This document shows, piece by piece, positions 53,895 through 62,879 of a stretch of DNA of 64,000 bases (positions within the stretch are counted from its first letter, which is position 1; each line of letters begins with the position of its first letter). The notes beneath the pieces are model-generated. The model did no database searches, had not been told where the DNA came from, and saw only the letters and a list, made by a program, of their open reading frames with translations. The stretch comes from a virus. Position numbers and translations under genes: made by a program. The stretch is taken from positions 64,001 to 128,000 of the IMG/VR virus record IMGVR_UViG_3300025018_000102; one strand, given 5' to 3'.

Positions 53895-56876
53895 CTATTG
53901 ACGCCACACATCTAGCCAGGTGTCGTAGTCGTCCAACTGGATCTCTAGGATTTGAGGGGCCCTGACCATGGATTTCACGAACTGAGAGGCGTAGTCTGGA
54001 ATGCCCTCGTCCTGGTCCTGGGTGCCGTCACCGTCGGCGTCCCCCTGCTCCTGGGAAGGCGCTGAGTCGGCTTGGGCAGCCTGCTGCATCTGTTGCTCAG
54101 CCTGCTCCATCTGCTGAGTGACCTGCATAGCCTGGATGTAGGTAGGATTGAGCACAAGGTCGCCGTGCTCAACATCAGGCAGATCTTCGGCGCGTCGAAT
54201 CTCATTGAGGGTCTTGTAGGACGCCAGTTGCTCTTTGTGCAACTCGTGCTTCTCCTGCTCGGTAAGTTCGTCTAGCCCAACAAACTCGAAGATGAAGTTG
54301 TCATCCATCCGAGAGACGATGTTGTCGTTGAAAAACTTGCTGAAGAACCGGAGAAGCGGCTTGAGCCCGCGGTCGCGAGACGCCTTGAGCTTCCATTCGC
54401 TCGAAGACTCAAATAGTGGAGTTTGCTGCACACCACCGGCTAGGTCAAAGTTCAGTTCTGCGGGGTCGCAGAGGAAGACACCAGTGATCAGCTTGACTAG
54501 GTACTCCACCCATTGGCCGTACTCCATGTCCCGGTTTGACGGGTTCATGTTGATCCAGTCGATGCCTGCCTCAGACTGAATCATGGGCGTCTTGAAGGCG
54601 TTGGCAGTGCCTGCGACGTTGGCTTCCCACTCCCGCTTGAAGCCCTCGAACATGTCGGTGTCCATGGAGTCACCCTTGATAGCAAGGATGCCCTTTGGCA
54701 TCGAATTCGAGACGATACAAGGCCCTGTAGACCACCTGTGCTTGTGGTGCGCCTGCACAACATCATAGGTAGGGATTTCAATGCCCGTATCTACGATCTT
54801 AGTGATCTTAGTCCAACTATACTTTAGTGCCTCTAGGTTCGCGTTGTGGCGCTTCTCGGCGGCCTTTAGTTTTGAGTATGAGAAATACTTTAGAGTGCAG
54901 GGCTTGCCTAGCAACTTCTCATACAGTGCCATTTGAAGTGGCCTAGGAATAGACTCTCTCTCTCGGGTGTAGCCTTTGGGAAACACTTGCCTTTTGTAGT
55001 CAAGAATGAACCCTACTTGCTCCGCAAACTCCAAATGGTCAGATACTCTTACGTAGTGGCACTGCCTTCCTGAACTGTTGTTTAGGGTATGGCTGTAGGT
55101 ACTGCGAATGCCCAATGTCCACAATACCTGCTGTACCCCCTCAACCAGTTCTTTGCTAGAGGAACAGAAGTGTGCTTGGAATTTGTTCTTGATGAACCCG
55201 TCGGCGCTAAACAGTCCGCGCAGAAATGCAGCCCTGTTTTCCTTAGACTCCTTAAATACTCTTGTGGGAACGGTCTTTTCATGGGACTTGCTCTCACTCA
55301 TACCCACTACGTCTCGAAGGAACTCAAAGAGTCCTTTGTTCCTAATCTGTAGGGTGTGTACGACACTCGTGCCCCAATGTGCATCGCTCTTAGAGTAATC
55401 CGTTTCGCACTCATTGAAGTTTATGTCTCTTCGTGTGAGCATTTCCCTAAATCTAGCGCGGGCATCAGCATCTTTAGGCCCAAAGCAGCATTGTACTGTG
55501 TACGATCTGCAATCAAACTTAGAGTTCAAACTAGCATGGTTATTGGAGATAAATCCGTCGCCCACCAGCCATCCGATGAACTCGTAGAACTCTGCGTCCA
55601 AGTCACCAACAGTCCTTACTGGGCACTTGTTATGAGTACCCACCTCGACCTGCACAGGCGCTAACGGGGCGAACTCCTCGGCCGTCTTTGACTGCGCTAC
55701 ATAGTCTCCAACCTTCAAGTCCTCGATGGGTACCATCACGCAGTCACCCTCCGAATTGAAGGTAAGGAACTTGTGATCGGGTGAGGTCGTAATCTCGTTA
55801 AGGCCATTTAGGGTAGTAACTACCGCGGTCCTATGGCCGGACGAGACTGCTGTGGAGTCCACGAACTCCTCGCCGTTCCATGACTTGAAGGTTTTACCGA
55901 CTAGATCCTTGATCTCCGTCATACCCTCTTCCGTGTGCACAAGGGTATGCCCTGCTACGCAGGCGTTCATGAAGAAGCGGCGGTTGTATTCCTCCGCGTA
56001 AAGATGGGCAGTGATGATTGTGATCAGTTGCTCGATCTCGCTGTGGCCGTAACCCTGCACGTAAATGTCAGTTCGGGGGTTACGGACTCCGAATGCCATC
56101 TCTTCACGAGTGAAAGCCCGGAACAACTGCCCGTTGATGACCTGGACGTAAGAGGGGTTCTTGTTCGCTGGGTCGTTCTGGGCGGCGTGAATGCGGGCGT
56201 ACGGGTTGCTGGAGTGCACAAATCCGCGGTCTGCGTAGCCCCACGGGTCGTCGTCGTACGTGGCTGGAGGCTTAGCAGCCATGCGGATCGTTGCGGCGTC
56301 GACTGCCTTGAACTCGTAAGGAAGCCCCCGCCGGTCGTTCACGATCTCTACGCACACCTGGTCGAAGGTAAGGCTGTCCCGGACGAGCTTCCTGATGAGG
56401 GTCTCGAAGTCGTCCCGGACGTACTCTCCCTTGTTGTGAGGGTTTGGCTTCTCCGCGCCGCAGTTGTACATGAAGGCTTCCATGCTGCGGATCATCTCCC
56501 GCTCACCCTTAGTGGTGACCTTGGCGGGGTTCTTGTGCTTGATCACAAAGCCCAGACTGCCCGACAAGCGAAACGGCTGGGCAAAAGATGCGATCTGTGC
56601 CGTACGGGTGTTGATGATCGAACTGAGCAGCGACAAGTTCTGCACAACGTGTCGGGCCATGTCGTACGAGATACTGTGACGACGGTCCTTGTATCCCATG
56701 CTGTACTGGATGGCCAGAGGGTCCTCTTGGAGGGCCTTGAAGTCCATCTTGGGCGAAGCAGGCTTGTAGTTGCCCTTGACGATATCCTCTCGTACGAGCG
56801 CCGGGATTGACCTCGTAGCGTCACGCCACTTATGTACCTGATCGATATCCTCTGCAGTTACTTTGATGTCTACCAT
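53895..56876 (-). CDS. Portal protein with intein
   Basis: IINTRTAQI, KLVRDSLTFDQ, AVDAATIR, YNRRFF, DMEY..W..YL, DPAEL and SRDRGLKPLL are Twort-type portal motifs. The spliced product is 574 aa. Confidence 0.93.
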   Translation of the reverse strand: MVDIKVTAEDIDQVHKWRDATRSIPALVREDIVKGNYKPASPKMDFKALQEDPLAIQYSMGYKDRRHSISYDMARHVVQNLSLLSSIINTRTAQIASFAQPFRLSGSLGFVIKHKNPAKVTTKGEREMIRSMEAFMYNCGAEKPNPHNKGEYVRDDFETLIRKLVRDSLTFDQVCVEIVNDRRGLPYEFKAVDAATIRMAAKPPATYDDDPWGYADRGFVHSSNPYARIHAAQNDPANKNPSYVQVINGQLFRAFTREEMAFGVRNPRTDIYVQGYGHSEIEQLITIITAHLYAEEYNRRFFMNACVAGHTLVHTEEGMTEIKDLVGKTFKSWNGEEFVDSTAVSSGHRTAVVTTLNGLNEITTSPDHKFLTFNSEGDCVMVPIEDLKVGDYVAQSKTAEEFAPLAPVQVEVGTHNKCPVRTVGDLDAEFYEFIGWLVGDGFISNNHASLNSKFDCRSYTVQCCFGPKDADARARFREMLTRRDINFNECETDYSKSDAHWGTSVVHTLQIRNKGLFEFLRDVVGMSESKSHEKTVPTRVFKESKENRAAFLRGLFSADGFIKNKFQAHFCSSSKELVEGVQQVLWTLGIRSTYSHTLNNSSGRQCHYVRVSDHLEFAEQVGFILDYKRQVFPKGYTRERESIPRPLQMALYEKLLGKPCTLKYFSYSKLKAAEKRHNANLEALKYSWTKITKIVDTGIEIPTYDVVQAHHKHRWSTGPCIVSNSMPKGILAIKGDSMDTDMFEGFKREWEANVAGTANAFKTPMIQSEAGIDWINMNPSNRDMEYGQWVEYLVKLITGVFLCDPAELNFDLAGGVQQTPLFESSSEWKLKASRDRGLKPLLRFFSKFFNDNIVSRMDDNFIFEFVGLDELTEQEKHELHKEQLASYKTLNEIRRAEDLPDVEHGDLVLNPTYIQAMQVTQQMEQAEQQMQQAAQADSAPSQEQGDADGDGTQDQDEGIPDYASQFVKSMVRAPQILEIQLDDYDTWLDVWRQ
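54705..55961 (-). mobile_element. Intein in portal (419 aa, LAGLIDADG endonuclease)
   Basis: Runs FFMNA|CVAGHTLV ... TSPDHKF ... FIGWLVGDG ... FLRGLFSADG ... PTYDV ... IVSN|SMPKG. Confidence 0.93.
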
Positions 56877-56877
56877 G

Positions 56878-57507
56878 CTATCTTCCTAGGATATCTCGAG
56901 GGTCAAGGACGAGGCGAGAGCACAGCCAAGAGTTGAACTCGCTCCGGAGGGTGGAGTTTATCCGAAGAGAAGGACTATGTATATCCTTCATTGTGAAGCC
57001 TTTGGACAAGAGGAACTCCTCCTCAAGAGGGTCGGCCTTACGGATGTACTTGTCCATGCTTCCGCAAAACGACTTGAGAATGTTGGAGGCCTCAGACTTC
57101 TCCATCTCCTCAAGTTTGTCGTAGTACTTTGGGTCTTCTTTGAGGTGCGAGTGGGCGATCTTACCTATGACGCCCGCCTCCTTAGACACGTCGGAGTGCT
57201 CGCGTTCGGCGTTCATGCCCTGTGTGAACGCACTGAGGTCAAAGGAGGTCGAGTTGAAATCGATACCAAGGCTCTCAGCGGCGCGAGCGGCCTCCTCGGA
57301 CGTGAAGCCACCGTCAAAAGGCTGGGCCTTCTTCACTGGCTTGCTGTCATCCTGGTTGTCCACTGCCTCTCCTGGGGCTTCCCCAATAGGGTCCTTCTCA
57401 AAAGAGGTCTCGTAGGCTTGGATGGCCTGCTTCTCGTCAGGAGTCTCCTTTGCCCCAGAGGACTGTCCGAGAGCTTTGCTTATGGTGTTATCGAGATACA
57501 ACTTCAT
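56878..57507 (-). CDS. DUF5661-like protein (putative head cargo)
   Basis: GMNAEREH...KIAHSHLKEDPKYYDKL motif. Confidence 0.7.
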   Translation of the reverse strand: MKLYLDNTISKALGQSSGAKETPDEKQAIQAYETSFEKDPIGEAPGEAVDNQDDSKPVKKAQPFDGGFTSEEAARAAESLGIDFNSTSFDLSAFTQGMNAEREHSDVSKEAGVIGKIAHSHLKEDPKYYDKLEEMEKSEASNILKSFCGSMDKYIRKADPLEEEFLLSKGFTMKDIHSPSLRINSTLRSEFNSWLCSRLVLDPRDILGR

Positions 57508-59534
57508 CGTCTTGCTTTTCTGGACCTAACAGAGTCTAACATAGAGTGACCTGCTTGTGTAATGCCCTGGCCTGCGTAAGTCAAGGCTGAGGCGCCGGAG
57601 CCCGCACTCTGTACCGTGGCCCCTGGAGCAGTGACGACTTGGCCAAGCTTCTTTCCTGCGTTGATTGCCTGCTTCATGTACGAGGGCCCGCTGCGGTCAT
57701 GTTGCTCCTTGCGTGCCTTTTCTTCGTCGTCTTTCTGCACGGTCTCTCGGGCTAGGTCCTTGTCGCCCTCGTCCTGCTTGGCCTTCTTCTTGGCAGCATT
57801 CTCTTGCCGCTTCTTCTCTCGGTCCGCCTTTATGCGAGCGCGCTCCTCGTCCTTCATCTTCTTCTCTTCGGCCTTGGCGGCGGCTTGCTCTTCCTTGGCC
57901 TTCTGATTGTCTTCCTTCTCAGCGGCCTTGGCTTCACCCTGCTTCTCACGGACCTTTTGAGAAGCCTCGGCCCCAGCTTCCTTAGCTTGTTTCCGAGCCC
58001 CCTCGATGGCCGAGATGCGCTCCTCTTCCTTCTTCTTGGCCTTTTCGGCCTTTGCAGTCTCCTTCTCCCAGTCCTTCAAAGCCTCCTGATGTTCCGCGGC
58101 CTCGGCTGCCTTGGCCTCGTCATGGGCTCCGGATAGGTCGTGCGCCTCCCGTTGCATCTTGTTGAGTTTGGCCTTGTGCTCTTGCTTATCTAGTTTGTGG
58201 GCCTTTTGAGCGGTCTTGACCTGGGCAGCTAGGGCATTCTTCTTGTCCGTCCACTTGACCTTGGCGGCTGCGCCTGCACTGATCTTCGGCTCCTTAGCAG
58301 AATGAGCCTCGAGTGCGTCCTTGGCCCTGTCCACCTTCTCAGAGGTGGGAGCGTTCAAGCGGTGCTCTGCGATCTCCTTCTTCTTGGCCTTGATTTTGTT
58401 TTGGATCTTGTTGGACTTGTCCTTTTTCAAAGAAGGCTTCTGGCCCTTGACCTCCTTCAGCTTCTCACTGGCCTCTGAGTGGGCTGCCTTGGCTTCCTCA
58501 ATCTTCTTCGTAGCCGCCTTCACGTCGGCGTCTGCTCGGTCCTTGGCTTCCTGGTGCTTGGCGGCCTGAGACTCAAACTTCTCCTTCTTGGAGCGCTGAG
58601 CGTCTGCTCGCTCTTTGTCCACCTTGGCTTGCTTGGCCTCATGATCAGCCATCTTACGCTCATAGAGCTTCTCTTGCCCTGCTTGGCGCTTAGCTTCTAG
58701 GACAGGGTCTGGAGTGTTCTGGAACTTATCATTGGCTGCTTTAGCCTTCTCACCGACAGCAGCCTTCAGTCCCTCTTTGTGTGCCTTCTCATGTGCTTGG
58801 GCCTCCTTGTGCATGCCCGCGTTCTTGAGTCGCTCTGACATGAACTGGTGGTCACCAGGACTTTCTATGCTTGCTTGCGCTTGCTGCCTCAGAGCCTCCG
58901 CCTGTTTTGAGTCTCCCGCTTTCTCGGCTGCCGCAGCCTGCTGGTACATCTCCATTGGGTCGTCAGTGCGGCCGTGCTCCCCGTTGGTGAATGCCTGCTG
59001 ATCGTTCTTCTTCTGGTGAAGTGGGTCCTTGTTAGCCTCTTCGTTTCGAGATGCCGTCTCGGCCGTGGCCTTGTCTGTAGCAGCCTGCTCACCGGGAGTT
59101 TCAGCCTCTGGGCTGTCCTCTTTCTCCTCAGGTCCCTTGGCCTTGAAGGCAGCATGGGCCTTAGCTGACTCACTGTCAGGGGCATGAGTAGCCGCGCCGT
59201 TTCCTCCATGGGAGATGCATTCCTTGCCTCCCCCGTAAGGACAGGCGGGGTTCTTTGCTGCCGGGGCACTAGGTGATGGGTCAGCAGCTCCACCTGCCTT
59301 GGGTTCGGCCATGCCTGGGCCTGCTACGTTGCTTGGGGGCTTTATGGTGCCAGTCTTGACGGTCAACTTAGGGCTTGCCGGCTTGTCCGGAGTCTTGTAG
59401 GCACCACGCCCACCTCCCTTGCCCTGATAACCCTTAGCCTTTTCAAGAAGCTCTCCCTCACCCACGCCCACAAGGCCGCGTTCGCCATCGGCGCCAACAG
59501 ATTTGAACAGGGCGGGGTGAAGAAAGAGATTCAT
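57504..59534 (-). CDS. Long K/E/A-rich coiled-coil protein (putative internal head / ejection protein)
   Basis: 676 aa, highly charged, with an N-terminal MNLFLHPALFKS leader and a CCHH motif. Confidence 0.75.
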   Translation of the reverse strand: MNLFLHPALFKSVGADGERGLVGVGEGELLEKAKGYQGKGGGRGAYKTPDKPASPKLTVKTGTIKPPSNVAGPGMAEPKAGGAADPSPSAPAAKNPACPYGGGKECISHGGNGAATHAPDSESAKAHAAFKAKGPEEKEDSPEAETPGEQAATDKATAETASRNEEANKDPLHQKKNDQQAFTNGEHGRTDDPMEMYQQAAAAEKAGDSKQAEALRQQAQASIESPGDHQFMSERLKNAGMHKEAQAHEKAHKEGLKAAVGEKAKAANDKFQNTPDPVLEAKRQAGQEKLYERKMADHEAKQAKVDKERADAQRSKKEKFESQAAKHQEAKDRADADVKAATKKIEEAKAAHSEASEKLKEVKGQKPSLKKDKSNKIQNKIKAKKKEIAEHRLNAPTSEKVDRAKDALEAHSAKEPKISAGAAAKVKWTDKKNALAAQVKTAQKAHKLDKQEHKAKLNKMQREAHDLSGAHDEAKAAEAAEHQEALKDWEKETAKAEKAKKKEEERISAIEGARKQAKEAGAEASQKVREKQGEAKAAEKEDNQKAKEEQAAAKAEEKKMKDEERARIKADREKKRQENAAKKKAKQDEGDKDLARETVQKDDEEKARKEQHDRSGPSYMKQAINAGKKLGQVVTAPGATVQSAGSGASALTYAGQGITQAGHSMLDSVRSRKARR

Positions 59535-59537
59535 ACG

Positions 59538-60242
59538 TTAGCCAGCGAGAGAAGGGTCTAGGTCAGCGCCGCCGGTTGGGCGGATGTTGATGGGAACGGA
59601 GCCTTGGGGCACGACGGGCGGCGGGCCTTGCGGAACGGCATCAGGCTTGAAGGTCTTGAAGACCTCCAACTGCTGCTCCTGGGCTTTTTGCATGCCGTAG
59701 GGGCGACGACGAGGCAGGTTAGGGTTCGATTGTGCCCGAATCTCGTCAGGCGACATTAGTTCGACCTCAGTGATTGGGTCACCCGTAACAATGGCGTCCT
59801 CTAGTTGCTCAAGAGCAGCCTCGTACTTGTACGCCTGGATGACGAGCAACTCGACGAAGGAGCCCACTGTCACCACTCGATGCGGGGTGCCACCAGGAAC
59901 AAGAACTTCGTCCCCAGTCTCGATGCCTGTTGCGACCGAGGTCTTGTCATCGCCCTCCAGTGTCTCAATGATACAGGAGCCCCGAAGCACACGAAATGCT
60001 CGGTCCTTCTTTGGATTCACCACCATCTCGATGGCCTGGTGGGCCATCACGTAGCGAGTGAATGTCTCAAACCCTCGAGACTCCTGGCCAGCCACCGTGT
60101 AGCCTCCAGGAGCGAGTGTCCTGCCGGCAGCGTCAACTCGGTTGATCGCTGAGAAGGCAGGGGGCTTTGGGCCCTCTGGGCGCCGTCGTCGCTTGTGTAG
60201 GGTCTTAGGGTCGATTTGTGGTCGTCGGTCTTGTGGTCTCAT
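59538..60242 (-). CDS. Cupin-fold protein
   Basis: FRVLRG...GDEVLVPGGTPHRV cupin motifs. The first metal-binding motif appears degenerate. Confidence 0.7.
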   Translation of the reverse strand: MRPQDRRPQIDPKTLHKRRRRPEGPKPPAFSAINRVDAAGRTLAPGGYTVAGQESRGFETFTRYVMAHQAIEMVVNPKKDRAFRVLRGSCIIETLEGDDKTSVATGIETGDEVLVPGGTPHRVVTVGSFVELLVIQAYKYEAALEQLEDAIVTGDPITEVELMSPDEIRAQSNPNLPRRRPYGMQKAQEQQLEVFKTFKPDAVPQGPPPVVPQGSVPINIRPTGGADLDPSLAG

Positions 60243-60259
60243 GTTTGTCCTTCTAAGCG

Positions 60260-60793
60260 CTATGTGATGCGCTTACCCGTTTGTTGGTACTTGTAATCTA
60301 CGGCATAAGCAGCTTGCTCATGGTAGCTATCGCGGTAGGCTCGCTCTCCTCGGATCCAGGCACATAGCCAGTTACCTACTGCGTGTTGAAGAGTCGCGCC
60401 CAACCATAGGATACTACCGCAAACAAACGCTGCCGTCCAATGCCCATAAGCTGCTAAGACGCCAAAAGGCACCCAAGCCCAGAGGAAAGATCCTAGCGTG
60501 ATGCTCTCGAACTGCTTTACGTGGAACTGCTCATGCACCGTGATTCGGTGAAGCGTTCCGTCTGCTGCGGGCTTCACGTGAGGGGCGTACATGAGCGCAT
60601 GACCGATGGATGTGCCACTCCAGTCCTTGTACCACGTGCGCATGGGCCAACTGTCCTCCTTGAGGGTGAAGGCCAACGAGCCCTCTTCCCACCGAAGGTC
60701 GCGGCCCCACGCCGCTCGGAATGGAAGGATCCAAAGGATCCAAAGGAGGACGTCAAGAGGCCAAGTCCAAATGTAGGGGAGTAGTCGTCTCAT
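60260..60793 (-). CDS. Membrane protein with HEXXH zinc-peptidase-like motif
   Basis: HEQFHVKQ, a downstream YR...E..AY motif and hydrophobic helices. Confidence 0.65.
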   Translation of the reverse strand: MRRLLPYIWTWPLDVLLWILWILPFRAAWGRDLRWEEGSLAFTLKEDSWPMRTWYKDWSGTSIGHALMYAPHVKPAADGTLHRITVHEQFHVKQFESITLGSFLWAWVPFGVLAAYGHWTAAFVCGSILWLGATLQHAVGNWLCAWIRGERAYRDSYHEQAAYAVDYKYQQTGKRIT

Positions 60794-61182
60794 ATGCTTC
60801 TTGGCTTTCGGTGGTAAGGCCTGTGTACTAGGAGTATGTGCCGGGACATGGACATCCCATTAGGCAGCCTTACCTCGAGTGTGAACAGATTTCCTATGCG
60901 GACTAAAGTGTCTTGCTTGGCAAGATTGCCATTCAGGTATACCAAACCCATCTTTGTGAAGTTCTTTGATTCTCTTACGGAACTAGTAATCCCACTCAGG
61001 TCGAGCACTCGCCAGATGGGGGCAAACTCCACAACATGGCTAGCAGGCCATTGTACCACAATAGGCCTTGGACGGGTGGGGGCCGTAGGAGGCCTAATGA
61101 CGATTGTGTCAAAAAACCCTGGTCCTGGTGCGTTTAGGTTCTGGGTGATCGCACCACCCAGGGTATTTAGGCCCTGCATCAT
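60790..61182 (-). CDS. S4-like RNA-binding domain protein
   Basis: L.LSGITSSVRESKNFTKMGLVYLNG resembles the S4 consensus. Confidence 0.5.
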   Translation of the reverse strand: MMQGLNTLGGAITQNLNAPGPGFFDTIVIRPPTAPTRPRPIVVQWPASHVVEFAPIWRVLDLSGITSSVRESKNFTKMGLVYLNGNLAKQDTLVRIGNLFTLEVRLPNGMSMSRHILLVHRPYHRKPRSI

Positions 61183-61871
61183 ATGATGTTGGCCTTTCTC
61201 TTAGTTTGCACGCCAGTTCCCGTAGTCACATTCTCCCCACCAGCCGTTTCAATGGGCCAGCGTCTGAGAGGGGTGACCCCATCGTCGTCATATAAGACAA
61301 GCTCTTGTGCAGTGAAGTCCACCTCAAGCCTATTCTGTAGGTGTTTCTTGATCACACTTGTGTCCAGTATGAGGACTGCGGATTCGGCCTGTAGTGCAGT
61401 GACGGAGGTCTTCAAGGTGTCCGTGTCTGCAAGTATGGCGGTAGTGTCACCTGATACCTGGGCAAGTTGCGCTGCTTGAGTAACATCCAAGCCCGACCCG
61501 CTTGTGACAGAGATTAGCCCTGCGGCGTTGAAAGACCGGATAGACACTTGGTTGACATTAGCCACATCTGCAATATTGGAGTTGGCCCCAACTAAGTTCA
61601 CAGCGTACTGCCCGTCCTCAAAGGTCACTGTGTAGCCATTGATAATCTCAACAGTTCTAGCAAATGTAACGCCTGAAAGGTTCACAGATGTGTTGTGTTG
61701 ATGGGTGTCCTCAAAAGGCTCACCCTCTTCACTTGCCTCAATAGCTTTTAGTTCTAGCCTAAACGCGTTGATGTCCAGCTGTCGAACCTCCGGAGGGCCC
61801 GCAGATATGAGAGTAAGATCAGCACGGGGCACAGTGATGACTCTCGTCAGCCAGTTTATTTGTAGCGCCAT
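61179..61871 (-). CDS. Putative virion structural protein
   Basis: 230 aa with a beta-rich N-terminus and a coiled-coil segment. Confidence 0.65.
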   Translation of the reverse strand: MALQINWLTRVITVPRADLTLISAGPPEVRQLDINAFRLELKAIEASEEGEPFEDTHQHNTSVNLSGVTFARTVEIINGYTVTFEDGQYAVNLVGANSNIADVANVNQVSIRSFNAAGLISVTSGSGLDVTQAAQLAQVSGDTTAILADTDTLKTSVTALQAESAVLILDTSVIKKHLQNRLEVDFTAQELVLYDDDGVTPLRRWPIETAGGENVTTGTGVQTKRKANII

Positions 61872-61882
61872 GCTTACTCCAC

Positions 61883-62320
61883 CTATCCAGTGGGCCCGTT
61901 ACCTCTGGATTTGGCAAAGGCAATCCTCTCACGCTCCTCCATGGTGGAAAGGCGCGCGGACACTAGTGCAAGTGTAGCCTCTAAATGGATGACTGCGATG
62001 TGTGTGGCATTACCAAAGTTTACGATACCATCATAGATAGTATCTCCGCCATCCTGGATAATAGATCCGTCGTAGAGGTGTTCTGCAAGCGTGTCGTCAA
62101 TATTGTACGGCGCGTTCAGCGTGATAATGTTATCCGTCGAACGCTCGGAGGGCGTATCATTTGTGATATCAAGAAGGTCATTAGGCGCAGCAACAGCGTC
62201 GTCAGCCTTGGCCTGTAGCCATCGGTGAAACTCGATGACGGTGTTATTTGTGGTTGTACCCGTGTAACGGATGTCACCATTTGCGGAGATAGAGTAATCG
62301 CTATCTACTACTGCAGCCAT
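61883..62320 (-). CDS. Hypothetical protein (possibly a truncated structural gene)
   Basis: 145 aa with a GGAG RBS, D/T/N-rich. Confidence 0.65.
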   Translation of the reverse strand: MAAVVDSDYSISANGDIRYTGTTTNNTVIEFHRWLQAKADDAVAAPNDLLDITNDTPSERSTDNIITLNAPYNIDDTLAEHLYDGSIIQDGGDTIYDGIVNFGNATHIAVIHLEATLALVSARLSTMEERERIAFAKSRGNGPTG

Positions 62321-62375
62321 TTATAACTACTCCAATACTTATAAGTGAACAAAAACCGGTTAAGCTATCATTATA

Positions 62376-62879
62376 CTATGGAACTAGTCTTTCAACCAGA
62401 TAAACTACGAGATGTACCAGGGTGGTCACGATGGCAATCAATCCCATCATGGGGCCATTCTTGCTCATGAATGCCTTTATTGCCGAATCCTCGCCCATGG
62501 GCGTGGTCCGATCGATCTCAGCCCGCACCTCGGCCAGTCGGTGGCGTCCAGTTGCTTCTGCCACACGCTGGCCCTCAAGAGTGCCCTTGAGAAGCATGAA
62601 CTCTCGGTGGTGTTTGCCTTGCTCGTCTGCGTTGGCCTTGACGGTGCCCTCAAGTTTCACAACCCTGTCCTCCAGGGAGTTTATTAACACTTCGTTACGC
62701 GAAACGAAGACCTTGAACTTCTCCACAAGGTCAGCGATCTTACGGCCTTGGTCGGAGTTCTCCCCGTCCCCACGAAGAGCCAGTCCCTCAAGTGCGGCAA
62801 GCTTGAAGAGCAACTCAGTCTGTTTTTCCTTGAGTCGGGTGATCTCAGCGGTGTGCTCTAGTAGTGTCTTTTCTTGCAT
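62376..62879 (-). CDS. Coiled-coil protein with C-terminal TM helix
   Basis: Heptad-rich body and hydrophobic tail. The start overlaps the upstream stop. Confidence 0.7.
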   Translation of the reverse strand: MQEKTLLEHTAEITRLKEKQTELLFKLAALEGLALRGDGENSDQGRKIADLVEKFKVFVSRNEVLINSLEDRVVKLEGTVKANADEQGKHHREFMLLKGTLEGQRVAEATGRHRLAEVRAEIDRTTPMGEDSAIKAFMSKNGPMMGLIAIVTTLVHLVVYLVERLVP

